A stretch of DNA of 64,000 nt from contig JBHGNT010000009.1 in assembly GCA_043228905.1 (NCBI GenBank), forward strand, positions 8,804,001 to 8,868,000, given 5' to 3'. The position numbers and the translations under genes were made by a program. A model generated the notes under the pieces. It saw nothing but the letters and a program-made list of their open reading frames with translations. It did no database searches and was not told where the DNA came from. Positions 35,600-48,300 of the stretch are shown here, in pieces (positions within the stretch are counted from its first letter, which is position 1; each line of letters opens with the position of its first letter). The stretch comes from Azolla caroliniana. Taxonomy: Eukaryota > Plantae > Polypodiophyta.

Positions 35600-36050
35600 G
35601 AATTTACTAATTGGCTTTTGGATTTGGGAGCATCGTACCATGTGACTCCTCATCGATCTCAATTTCAGTAATATTCGGCCCGACATTCCGACTTAATCCG
35701 AGTTAGAAATTCATAGCATTGTGCCATAATTGGCATCAACATGGTAGAGCTTAATTTTTCGGGTGGCTCTACCCTTGTACTACACAATGTTCGACACGTA
35801 CGTGAGCTCACAAGACCGATGATCTCAGTTGCACAATTGGATGAAGTCAACATCCGTGTTGGCTTCTCTTTAGGAGGGTAGACACTCCATAAGGGGAACC
35901 TCCTACTTACTTGAATGTCGAAGGTGCATTCATTGTACCCATTATATGTCACTCTTAGAGAGGGTGACCTATCTCTAGTTGATATATTCCCGTATCGTTG
36001 TTATGGCACGGCAGACTCAGCCATCTCAGCAAAGTCAATATCATGCACCT
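35600..36050 (+). pseudogene. Copia protease / GAG-pre-integrase fragment
   Basis: WLLDLGASYHVTPH, VRHVRELTRPMISVAQLD, LWHGRLSHLS. Confidence 0.7.
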
Positions 36051-36051
36051 A

Positions 36052-36386
36052 AGACACACTCTATATCGCTATCTCTCTCTCTCTCACTCTCTGTTACGCT
36101 CTGTACAGTAGTTACACCAATAACACTATACAACAAATAATGACAACTACTACTCAATAATGTTTGCCCTAGGTCATATTTATACTAATATGACTTTCGG
36201 TCTATTTACAAATATAGCCCCAATGGGCTCTCTAGAACATATTTGCATATATGTCCCTTCATCCGGTGAGAGGTTCTCACTGGGCCTGCAACATTCGGTT
36301 CTCACCGGGTCTTCCTTGCTGGGTACTCATCAGCCGGTTCTCACCGGGCCTTCATCATCCCATCCGGAGGGACCGAAATCCTAACA
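36052..36386 (-). repeat. Truncated LTR related to the solo LTR at 43672-44252
   Basis: Shares TGACAAC..TAC, GCCCTA.GTCATATTTATACT, CTATTTACAAATATAGCC and GGAGGGACCGA...AACA with that LTR. Confidence 0.7.
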
Positions 36387-36799
36387 CATTGAAGTACCTG
36401 TTAGTACTTTTGTCAATCCTTTATGGACTTATATAAAAGTGCTCTCTAAGCACATTCTATGTACATAGAGTGACATACAGAGTGTTATTACTTTTTTAAT
36501 AGAGTTTACGTTCTGCTCTCTCTTTGTCTCTCCCGCGCATATTCTTTGTGTTAAGCTTCCATTGAACCTTTCTCTCTACTATTGCCATCCGGTAGAGCCA
36601 GTTTGTAATACACTTTCGCATGCTAACTTTCACACCCGCTAATGTCAGTGTGTACTAGCTCTAGGGGCCTTTGTACCATCTCATACTTCAGAGTGCAAAC
36701 TTTGGGTCTGTTTCTTGTAGCGACAATGCTCACAGAAGTCCGTCTTCGCCTAGATTTTTGGGATGTATCCATTTGCCATAAGCTGGTTCAATCCAGCTT

Positions 36800-38470
36800 G
36801 AGACATATGGCTAAGTCGTCCATGCCATAAGTTGGAATCTGACGGTTTGGCTAGGTTCAATGTGCCCTCTGGATGATCTCCATCAGCAGGTACAAGTTTT
36901 TGTACTTGCATTCACCCCCGATTTTCATGTTTCCTCGGCTGATCATCCATGATGAATCACTAAGAGCCATCCTATACCCCGCTTCGGCTAGCATGCCGAT
37001 GGAGACTAGACTCCTTAGCTCAGGTACATGTTGGACTTGGTGTGAGATTATCGAATTGACATTCGGCAATTGAATTGAGACTTCTTCGATCCCTGCGCAC
37101 TCCTACCCGTTGCCAAGTTGGATTGTGCCACCAGCTCCTACTGAATAGTCCAAAAACCATTCGATGTTAGGGGCCACGTGAAATGTGGCACCGGAGTCCA
37201 GCAGCCATGTTCATGCGTCTTGCGCTTTGTATAGGACTTCACTGGTCGAAGAGTCTTCCAAGGAGAGTACTTCTCTGGACCGTGATTTGGCAACATTGAC
37301 TTGGTTGCTAGTCGGAGAACAGTTTGAGTCGGGTTGTCCTTTAGTCTGATCGAATCGCCGACCATTCTCCTTTCTTTTTATTGACTAGCATTCGAAAATG
37401 TTGTGGTCAGCCTTTCGACAATGTGTGCAGAAAGCGTTCAACCAACCATTCCTTGATTTCAATCTTTGTTGATCATCCCTCCTCTTCGGCCGACTGGTGC
37501 TTCGGCCGGATCTTCCGACTGGATCAATTGAGTGATGGGCTTCAACCGAATCATCGATGGTGAGACCCATCAATTGTCGTCAGATGTCTTCCAACAAGAT
37601 TTGTCCAACCGCTTTGTCCAAATTGACATTCGGACAACTGCTGATGAACGTCGTACAGAAGACTTCCTAGCTCGCCGGCAAGCTCAAAAGGAGGGGAAGG
37701 GCCTTAACTTCTTCTTCAAAGTTAATCCCTTGGGAGGAGATTTCGAACAAAACCCGGCTGAAAGTGTTGATGTGGGAGGTTGTCGTATCCAACTCTCTCA
37801 TCTTCATATTGAATAGTTGTCTGATCAATATGAGTTTCAACGAGAAGGATTTCTTCTCATATACTGCCTGTAACTTCTCCCACAATGAGAATATTGATGT
37901 CTCCTTTGCCATGCTAAAGTAGAAGTTCTCGGCCAGGTGCATTTGGATGGTCGATCATGCTATTTCGTCCATCGATCATCATTCTTCTACAAACATCGAA
38001 GTTGGTCGGGAGTTATGCCAGATTGCTTCGATCTATTGTTGGATGATTAAGATGTTTTGCATCATTTCTTTCCAGAGGACAAAGTTCTTTCCGTCGAACT
38101 TCCGGATTTCCACACTTGTGCCAGATTGTGATGCCATCGTCTGAAAAGAAATTTATGCTATCATGGTCTTTTCTTTTAGCTGGATAGCTTCTCTCTTGCT
38201 ATTTGTTGCCATCGGACAACAAGGTCACTTTGACACCAAATGATGAATATGGAGATATGCAAGGGAATGATGAGGACTTGTGGGTTAGTGTCAAGTAAAT
38301 AAAATAGTAAACTAGATGAGTAAATATGTGTACAATAGATAGGAAACAAGAATCAAGAACAGTTGCACTCAGTTAAGCTCTAAGCAAACTTTGTTATTCC
38401 CTCCAAAACTCTCTCTCTCTCTATCAGTTACAATGACTTAGCTGAGCTTTATATAGTTAAGACCTAACAA
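36800..38470 (-). mobile_element. Decayed Copia 5' half (LTR from 38241, degenerate PBS, gag-PR)
   Basis: IRKFDGKNFVLWK, LWEKLQAVYEKK, CTHCRKADHNIFEC, WLLDSGATFHV; TGGTGTCAAAG next to the LTR. Confidence 0.75.
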
Positions 38471-38724
38471 AGTCGACGTGAAATCAAAGATGGACAACAT
38501 TTTCCTACTTCTAAGATATTGGGGATTGTGGCATAATTGGGATATGCACAATGCTTTTGTATTTGATATAGGCATGGAATCAATTTATGAAATTTGAAAG
38601 CAACACTAATATAACAATTTTCTTTATTGGAGCACATAGAAACTCTTGCCTATTGGCAAATCGTCATGTCATACTACCCTTCTAATGGTGAACACGCTCA
38701 ATTGTGGCACCATTATAGCCTATA

Positions 38725-39152
38725 ATGGGCCCGGTTTGGTTTTGGGTCCGTTTGATTTCATTGACTTGAAACCAAATTGAACCATTTATACATAATAAAA
38801 ACCAAACTAAACCATTTAAGAGCTACTAAACCATTTAAACCAAACCACTTAAATCAAACCGTTGAAGAAAAGGTGATACTAAAACTATCTAAACCAAATC
38901 ATTTAAGTGAAATTAAGTAAAGAAAAAACATTCAATTAAAATAAAAAACATTTAAGTTAAATTAATTAAATAATTAGACATAAAAACTACTAAACTAATT
39001 AAAATGTTGAAACCATTAAATCGAGCTAACTAAAACGATAAACCTTAGTTTCAAAACCAAACTAAATTGAAACCAAACCAAAACAAACCATTTATTTATT
39101 TTCAAACCATGGCTTAATGGTTTGGTTTGGTATGAATTGAACCAGGGTCCAT
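38725..39152. repeat. AAACCA/AACC-motif-rich non-autonomous DNA element (MITE-like)
   Basis: Many AAACCA / TGGTTT motifs in both orientations; imperfect ends GGGCCCGGTT / AACCAGGGTCC. Confidence 0.4.
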
Positions 39153-40059
39153 AGCTAATTATGTGTTTCACCCATAAAAATAGAGCGCAAGCAAGGAATA
39201 GAATAGAATATATATTTATCATCCATGAGGGTGCCAATTTTGACAAAATCAACATATCATCTTGCATCTAACCCCTTCCTACGAAGGTGGCATACAACTT
39301 TATTGTAAGAACTCTCTATATGAAACAATGCATGAACAGATGTGTTCACCCGTCTTTCTCAAGATTTGAGTATGACACTTAAATTATTCTGCTTCTTTAA
39401 CAAGTCATCATAATTTTCATGAATTACATTTTATGTTGAGAAAACAAGAAGTGATATTCATCCTTCACTAGGTTTTCTTTGCAAACCTAGCATATCGTCA
39501 TGCTTCAATGATGACATATATCTTTATACTTCAATGATGATGTCATGATGCTACCTCAACACCCAACTTGAGAGGTCAATGAGCTCAAAGAAGTGTTAAG
39601 GCTCTTCAATAGCCAAGGCTCATGGGGGTAGTAAAATGGAATTGGATACATTCTAGCATATTTACCTCGTATTAGGCCTCATGCATAACTAAATATATCA
39701 TATTTTTCTAATAGCATGACGATATAGGATGGTGTGGATTTTTTTATTTTTTTATTTCCAAAAAAAGGATGGTGTGGATTTAACTCCCAATTGTCTACAT
39801 AAGAAATAATTTTGGATGTTCTCTATTTTGTTCCATGCACTAAGTAAGAAAGTGCCACCCCTTGCTTCCAGACCATATAACAACACGGACCACTACAACA
39901 TTAAATAGCATCAATTTTACTTCCCATCATTGAGTATCACTTTGGATGCATTGATTCTCCAACATATAGTAACTATTCAAACTCATTTAAACTTTAGACT
40001 CATAGCAACATCCCACTTATGTTGCATTAATATCAAGATATAATTTGAAGCTTTACACC

Positions 40060-40560
40060 GGTTATATAGGTTCTCCCTTGTATGTGAAAGTGGTGTAGTC
40101 TCTTGGTTGTATTACCTTTATTGCCATCACCTTTAGCTTGTCTATGTTAACATTGAGCATGTTGATTTAACAAAAATGTTTCCAATGCATCAAATAACAA
40201 TTGCATACCATCCATAACACAACATCACCAACATGTAGGAGTATAAAAATAAGCTCTTGGATAAGTTTTGGGCCATCTAATCCTTCTTAGTACTTACTTT
40301 GCAACCTTTTTACTATTTCTTCTAGTTCATGGATGCATAGACCAAATAGTGTGGGAGAAATTGGACAACCTTACTTGAACCCCATGTTGCTCAAGAAATA
40401 CTTCGAGTTAAAACCACTATCCATATTCACTTGGAATCTAACTTGCTCATATAGTTGTGCTAGAATTTCTCTATATTCTAATGGCATTTTGATCTTTATC
40501 ATTCTTCTCCAAAGCTCACTCCTTGGTAATTTTTTTGTGGATCTAGGGGTATAATTGTTT
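40060..40560 (-). pseudogene. LINE reverse transcriptase fragment (RTE/RTEX-like)
   Basis: RSELWRRM..., SNMGFK.GCPISPTLFGLCIHELE, decayed LL..DDVVL. Confidence 0.65.
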
Positions 40561-40639
40561 TTTGCATTAGACCATGCATGTGTCACAAAAAGAGTATCTA
40601 CAATATCCTCCTGCTCATATAACATTCATTGACCTTGTA

Positions 40640-42240
40640 CAACAACCCATAATACCATCCCCCATATATACATCGGTCGAGGATATATTGGTATTTTTAG
40701 TTTTAAGAATCTTTCCCATATTTTTATCGCAAAATTACCACTCCACAACAATGTTTAGCAACCTCCACAAGATACAAACAAAAAATACACATTGTCTACA
40801 TTCATCCCTTTTCTCCAACCATTAATTAGCATAACTATGTGAATCAAGAACCATCTAAAGCAAACAATTTTCCTACTCATTTTTATGTTCCACAACCATT
40901 TCCCAAATTACTTTAGTTGTTGTGGAGAAGGTCCATTTTGTCTCCAAAAAACATTTGACGTTGATTCCTTCCACAAACTAGCACATTCTAGTTTCCTCCT
41001 AATCTTCACAAAATACTGAAAAAAAGACATTTGTTTTATTTGATCTTGAAACGGTGCTTTCCAAAATGTTTAAGTGGAGTGGCTTTAATAAGTTTAGACA
41101 TAAATTTAGTAAATCACTCCACTTTTAGGTGTGTGCATAGGCATTCAACCTTGAATGCCACTTAAACATTTTGGAAAGCACCGTTTCAAGATCAAATAAA
41201 ACAAGAATCACAACTTTGTGGTGGCATGTTGCTAATAGTACTCGGGCATTTAAATCTTCAAAATCTATTATGGCTCATCGACCAAGGCCCTCTTGGCAAC
41301 AACATTTAAAATTGATCAATTGGAGATCCCCCTAAGTACAAAAAAGATAGTAATTATTTGGCAACATAGGTGTTGACAACCTCAAGGATATTACATTGGG
41401 ACGGAAAATAAAATCTCAAGTCGGAGTTCACATCATTGGCAAGGCTTGGCTTGGTAACAATGGAAGATGATATCGTTGAGTCATGTAGGAAAATGTTGGC
41501 CTTTGGACAATCCAAAGTAGGTTTCACACATCACATAGATATGGGTATATTTGACAATCAATATTGGCATTGTTTGGTCTAGATTCCCCAATTCCAAAGT
41601 TGGTGGTCGAGGAATCACAGAAGATTGTTCATTTGGTGATGAAAAATCGATATTTATGGTGCACAATAATTATGTATACAATAAGTTGGTTGAAGATAGA
41701 GCTTGGTTCACGAAGAAGGTTTTGGATACATGTTGAGTTTTGGATGCAAGATGACATTCTAATATTCCATTTTATGTAAATGTGTTTCTTGGTAAATGGC
41801 TCTAAAACGAATATATATTTCAAATGGGATATGTTTTTTCTTTATACTAATTGAGGAAGATGACAAACATCAATTCATTACAAGCCCAATTGCTAAAGTC
41901 ATTTGGCTTGTTATATCATAAATTTGGGCATATTTACAAGCAGAGTTTTTTTTCCAAAAAAACCCTCTTTCCATTAGTTATAAAATTTTATAGATTAGAG
42001 TGGTATATACAAATCCATGTAGGGACGTGATAGTTCCATCTTATGTGGATGCCCACTGACTCAAGAAAGGGAGAGGACGACCAATGTTGGATGAAGGCTA
42101 GTTGTTGTCTTTCAACTCCATCGGATCCGCCCGTGAGGCCATCGTATTGGATCTTTAGAGTGGGTACAACTTCACTTCATATCTCTTGCATTAACATTAC
42201 TGGATGCATTGTTTGGTTGGAGAAACAAGTCTAAACCGTG
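40640..42240. mobile_element. Two oppositely oriented, heavily decayed L1-type LINE 3' fragments (minus ~40640-41020, plus ~41210-42240)
   Basis: zf-RVT-like remnants (KIVCFRWFLIH, KH.LW...FA..IW on minus; EDDKHQFITSPIAKVIW on plus). Confidence 0.45.
41031..41204. repeat. Perfect 47-bp inverted repeat enclosing two short hairpins
   Basis: 41031-41077 is the exact reverse complement of 41158-41204. Confidence 0.92.
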
Positions 42241-43055
42241 TTTTCCATAGAATCCAAAGAGTTATTGGGTTGACCAATTCCAACACACCTTGAGATTTGG
42301 CATTAATAGGAGTTGAGTGGATATTGTCGATGGTGGAAAAAAAACCTCTTGTACTTTTATCACCAAAGTCATCCCTTCCTCCTGATGTTCATAACTATCA
42401 ACTAGGACCTACCATGCTAACCAACATACATTTCCCCACTTGATTGTGCCTTGCACTTGGCATACTTGCAATAGGCAGCCAACCCCCCATCATATTCGAT
42501 GGGTCTCTGAGCAGTTCCACAAAGCGTGTCAGATTGATATTGTTGCATTTGGGCACGCCACACAATTAGGAGAGCTAAGGTTCCCACGCCTCCACGCTCC
42601 AACCAGTAATGACTTATGTGTTAATAGCCATTGGAACGTGGTAATTCGCCTAACGTGGTGTTGTTTCAAAATTTTCTACCAAAACTTAGTGATAATTGTA
42701 TGAGGAACATGATATGTGTGCCATACCTTTGTAGCATCCGGCTCTCAGGCGGTTTGAGCGGTTAGAATGTGGCGACCCAATCTAGTCATGAATTGGAAAA
42801 AAGGGATGACTTTGCTTCCTTGACCCGCATGCGTCACGTCCATTGCAAAGGGTCCCAACTGACCTTATGTAGCCACGTGTTTTCATGAGTATATATGTGC
42901 AATTCTAGTTGTACTTTGTGTTGGGATAAAAGTCCTACTCCACCCACCTATATCTCTAGTGTGAACACACAGTTAACCTAACTATATAAACTAATGGTAA
43001 CTAACCTTGTAAAGATATATCGGTGGCTTATGTGAGATAGTCTCTCTGAGCTTAA

Positions 43056-43057
<2 letters not shown>

Positions 43058-43149
<92 letters not shown>
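43058..43149. repeat. (CT)n microsatellite, ~46 units
   Basis: Read directly; other (GA/CT)n tracts at 16218, 17077, 21211 and 43939. Confidence 0.97.
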
Positions 43150-43153
<4 letters not shown>

Positions 43154-43671
43154 AACTGTCTATCTTTCATCTTTGTGAATCTTGTCACAATGCATAACTC
43201 CATCTTGTTTGCTAGACTCACTAACAGGTCCTCAACCTTCCGCAACATCAACTTCCATATCCAACACTTTGATAAGATCGGGATCTATAATTCATTTATG
43301 ACCAGTATATGCGAGTACTCGAATTTTCATATTCAATGTTGGTGTCTCATTGTCTCGCAATTCATGACACATAGCTACTAAGTAGTTAAGTCTCCACCTC
43401 CTTCAAAAGAGGTGGTTGTAGTGAAAGAATATAGAGAGAAGATGACTACATAAGCACCTTCTCCTCTTCTTTGTAACTGCTGGTTGTTATTCATTCTTGT
43501 TAATATAGTTTTCCTATTTTCTATCTATTTCTGTGTGTCTCTCTCTACCATACACACACACACACACATACTCTTTCCGCTGCACAGAATCACACCCGAT
43601 TCTTTACAAAAGAGCCCTCCTCCTCATAGCCTATCCACTTCTCCATTGTCGTCCTTTGATTAGCAACTTCC

Positions 43672-43936
43672 TGAAGAGAAGAAGCGCAGAATATTGCTTC
43701 GGCACAACCGAGTCTTGAATCACTTAGATAAGAGTGCAACACAGGAATGGGAATAGTCGTACACACAAAAGAGAGTACACTGGATGTTTACGTGGAAAAC
43801 CCTAAATGGGAAAAACCACGGGAGCCCATAGACTCCAACTATCACTATATGAGAAATGTACAATCAGAAACTCGGAGGCAACTACCTCGAGCTCTGTATC
43901 TTCACCAACTGGTGGTTACAACAGAGAAATTCTTTG

Positions 43937-44012
<76 letters not shown>

Positions 44013-44252
44013 CAACAATATGACAACAATTACAACTATACAAAGTGATTGCCCTAAGTCATATTTATACTTATATGAACTTAGGGCTATTTACAAATAT
44101 AGCCTCAATAGGCTTACTCAAAACATATTTATAGATATGTCTTCTCTTCCGGTTCTCACCAGGTCTCCTCCGGTTTCCGGATCTCTTCCTGTTCTCACCG
44201 GGTCCTCTTCATTCATCACCAGATCCCATCGGGAGGGACCGATTTCCCAACA
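43672..44252 (-). mobile_element. Solo LTR (581 bp), TSD CTTCC, probably Copia
   Basis: CTTCC|TG...CA|CTTCC; TTTACGTGGAAAACCC...GGGAAAAACCACG motif; internal (TC)n. Confidence 0.85.
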
Positions 44253-45089
44253 CTTCCCTAAGCAATAGAGCATTAATAATTTCATATCTCATAGTCCATC
44301 CGCCCCTGATTCCATGGAGTATGTTGGGTTGATCTTGTATTGGCAATGACATAAACCGTCTCCAACATTCTATACTCTTTACAAGCAGAGTTTTGTCACC
44401 ATTTAAATGGGTTTTCATTGAGGGTGTTAAAGCTCTACCATCCCAAGTATTAGGTGGTGTTTGACATTCTTAGGTATTGGGGGATGTGCTATAATTGGAG
44501 CATGAGAAATGGGTTCTTGTGTAATAGACTACGTTGTCGTGCCTTTCGGCTCCGGATCGTTGCGTGAGTCGGGTGGGAACCACAGAGGTCTTGGACTAGG
44601 AGAAAGAAGTTCGTGAGATAGAGATTAATTATGAGTAAATAGCAAAGAGAAAGATAAGAAACTCGTGAATCACACGAGTATACTATATTAATTGGTACTT
44701 AGGGTGTTAAGAGAGAAGTAGATGTATAAATCGTGAATCCCACGAATAATTTTTGTATTGATTAATTCTTAATCCAAATAATCAACAACCCTTTACATAT
44801 TTCTCTCCTCCTTATATAAGGAAGGAAGAGCTAAGCATGGCTTCTTGCTTTTTTTTTTTTACAAAAAGTGTTCATGTCCACTAAATGTGCATGTGATGCT
44901 TTTCTAATCCTTGCTTTTATTTGCCAAATATAGTGCTCATGCACGCTAGATGTGCATGAGTCACTTTTTAGTTGCTTGCGGTTTTCTATAAAATATTTAC
45001 GCACTCTAAAAATACATGATTTACCTTTTAATAAAGGTATGCATAAATAAAGGTCTTATACATATTAAATCTATATTTAAAACACATAA

Positions 45090-45160
45090 GATAATTTAAT
45101 GTAATGGTAAGGTTGGGGTTTGTCAACGTGGAGGTGCAGAGTTCGAATCACGCCCTGCGC
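45090..45160 (+). promoter_or_regulatory. tRNA-like Pol III cassette in the 3' LTR of E
   Basis: TAATGTAATGGTA-N21-GAGGTGCAGAGTTCGAATCACGCC; T7 run at 45177-45183; TATA-like sequence upstream. Confidence 0.68.
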
Positions 45161-45197
45161 AGTAGTGAGTATTTCCTTTTTTTACATTTATGTCTCT

Positions 45198-45284
45198 ATG
45201 CCGTTTTTCCTCCTTGCCGGTATGCCGTTTTCTTCCTTGCCGGTATGCCGTTTTCCTCCTTGCCGGTATGCCGTTTTCTTCCGG
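45198..45284. repeat. 23-bp minisatellite in U3 (3 units plus a partial; 4 plus a partial in the 5' LTR at 51693-51802)
   Basis: Unit TATGCCGTTTTCYTCCTTGCCGG. Confidence 0.92.
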
Positions 45285-45349
45285 TTCTCACCGAGCACTC
45301 CATTCTCTATCCGGAGGGACAAAAATATAATTTCCACATAGTGTGTAGC

Positions 45350-48300
45350 CTACACTACGACACTCGCCCCCTCCAAACCCGCACATCCTCCGGTATGTGC
45401 CGAAGTTCTTGATTCTTCGTATCCGTCTTCATCCGAAGCTTCCTCCGATTCTCCCCTTATGTCGACTATGAGTTGTAATCCACTTTCTTCGCTTCCCGCA
45501 TCATTGTGGTCTTCGTCCGATTGCTCCTTGTTGTCGGCCTCGACTTGGATCACATAAGGTTTGTCGTCGGTCCGCTTCTTGAAAATCTTCACCCGCTTCC
45601 CGGCTATAGGCACTCGTAGTATTGTTCCATCCAACTCGGACAGTCGGTACGTCCCGTTGTCGAAGACCTTCCGAACCTCGTACGGCCCGAACCACCTTTT
45701 CGCGAATTTCCGCATCGTTGTATGTTGATGGTCCAAGCTACTATCATAGACGATCACCCAATCTCCTTCTTCAATCCTCCTCGGTCGTAGTCGGTGCTTT
45801 GTGTCGAACCGGCTTTTGTTCCGGAACCGTGCTTCTTGTTGTCGGCGTGACGCTTCCGCTACATCTTTCGGTCTTCCCTCCAGTTGTCGTATCCGGACCG
45901 CTAGTAGTTCTTCCCGGCTCATCTCTTCCTTCCACGGTAGTATTGTCCATGTCGCGATTGCGGTTTCCGTTGGCATTACCGGTGCTTGTCCGGTCATGAG
46001 TTCTGCCGGCATGTAACCGGTCACGGAGCTATGCGTCGTCCGATCCGCCCATAGTGCATACGGAAGCATTTGTGGCCAATCCTTCACCCTTCCGTCGCAT
46101 GCCTTCGCAAGTGCTTTCACGATCGGACTATGTCCTCGTTCGATCTTCCCGTTGGCCTCCGGATTGTAGGCCGTTGTCAACGTTAACCGAACTCCATGTT
46201 TGGCGAAGAATCCCCTAGCTTTGTCCGAGTCGAGTTCTCCCCGGTCCGCAATCACTTGTCCTACGCAGCCGTACCTACAAAACACTTCTTCCAAAAGAAA
46301 TTGGCACACCGCGGCACACGTTTTCCTCCGAAGCGCTCGACCTTCAACTTGGTTTGTGAGATCTTCTCGAGCTAACACCAAGTATTTCTTTTGTCCCATC
46401 CCGGTCGGCATAGCTACAATGTCGACCATCCACTTGAAGTTGATTGTCGGTGAGAATGTCGGATGCAGCTCATCTCGGTGTCGGACCCCGGAGTAGACTT
46501 GACATTTCTCGCAGCTTTCTGTGAACTCCGCGACATCTTTATACATGTTCTTCCACCAATATCTTTGCTTGATTTTCACAAAAGTTGCCCATGTTCCTCG
46601 ATGTCCAGCCCAATCGGATTCGTGGAACTCGGACATTATCCGGTTTCGTTGCTCTTTCGTCCCGACTACTCGAAGTGGTATCCCATCCGGTCTTTTCGGC
46701 GTCCTCCATATTAAACCGTTTTCCAAGAAGAACTTTTGGACTTGCCTCTTCTTCCTTCGGATCTCGGCTCTCCTTTCTTTATCATTGGTTGAATCCTCGA
46801 CCTCTTGTAGCATCTTCCCGATCATCAAGGTTTCCCCCTCGTATTCTTCTTCCCGGAATTCTCGGATCACGTTCACTCGGCATATGTGTTCTGACGTGAA
46901 GTAGTCTTCGGAAACTTCTTCATTATCTGATTCGGTTATGTCGTCTTCAAACCGCGCCCTCGATAACATGTCCGCTACCGCGTTGTCCTTCCCCGAGATG
47001 TGTCGAACCTCCGGATTAAGTGACTTGACATATGCAATCCACCTTAGCATAGCCACATCCGGTATCGTACAACACCGCATCATCCCGAGTATCGGAAGAC
47101 AATCCGTCTCGATCACCACTTCAGCTCCGATCAAATAATCCCGATCCGATTTTATCGCCGACACGACTCCCCACAATTCTCTTTTGACTTGTGCATATCC
47201 GCGTTGCCTTTCGTTGAGGACCTTTGCTCCAAATCGGATCGGATACCGCGAACCATCCGAGTCGGCTTGATTGATGACCCACCCGATACCGGTTGGACTT
47301 GTATCAACCGTTACTATGATTGGCCGCTCGTAGCTTGGCTTCTTAAGTGATTCCGCCCTCCATAGTGTCTTCTTGAGCTTCCTCATGGCTTTAGTGTGTT
47401 CCGGTTTCCACTCGAATTTCTTACCTTTCCGCAACAAGTGATAGAGCGGGTCCGCTATATGTGCATAGTGCGGAATCCATATGTGATAGAATGCACACGC
47501 ACCTAGAAACCTTCGGACTTCCGATGTTGACTCACATACTTCCTTCATAGCTTGAATCGCATCGATCTTTGTTGGTGACGGTCTTCGGCCGTAGGGTCCA
47601 CATAGATGTCCGACCACCAATATTTCTTCTTGCCCGAATGCCGATTTCTCCCCGGAAAGTGTTAGGTGCACATCTTCTAGCTTTCGCAACACTTTCTCGC
47701 AATCATGAATATGGTCGACCACGAACTTTCGGCATCCCCGATCATCCATAGTCTCATCTTTTTCTTCCACCGCGCATCCTTTCATCGGAATGTCATCTAG
47801 AAACGGCATCGTTATCTCCGGGATGCAATCTCGAAGCACCTTGTTCATCGCGTTCATCATATGTGCAACCGAGTTTGTCGCTCCTTGTGGTAGTGTGCAC
47901 ATTCGAACTAGTCCTATCGGTGTCCGCATGGTAGTGATGTCTCGGCTCTCCACGGCTAGTTGGAATTGGTCATACCCCGAGTATAGGTCCCCGATGGAGT
48001 ATATCGCACGTCCGGCAAAAGCTTCCGCGAATTCGTCCACTATCGGACCGACTCCCGAGTTCCGGATCGTGACCTTGTTCACCGGTTGCAAGTCTTGGAT
48101 GAATCGGAGTGACCCATTCTTCTTCGGAACCGTAAACCATCGATTTGAGTACGGAGCACTTGATGGCTCTAGAATCCCCATCGCCACCTTCTCCTTGAGC
48201 AAGTCGATGACTTTCGGAATATGCGCCCGTGGCACCGGAATCGGCTTCAGGTTCCACGGTACATGATCAATCGTGAAGATCACCATCGGCTCCACTATCT

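Noticed and set aside
42991-44268. ORFs with RERE/SLSL runs
   Set aside because: Translations of (CT)n microsatellites.
45198-45284. CRISPR-like array (also 51693-51802 and 26431-26657)
   Set aside because: Head-to-tail repeats with no unique spacers, in eukaryotic DNA with no cas genes.
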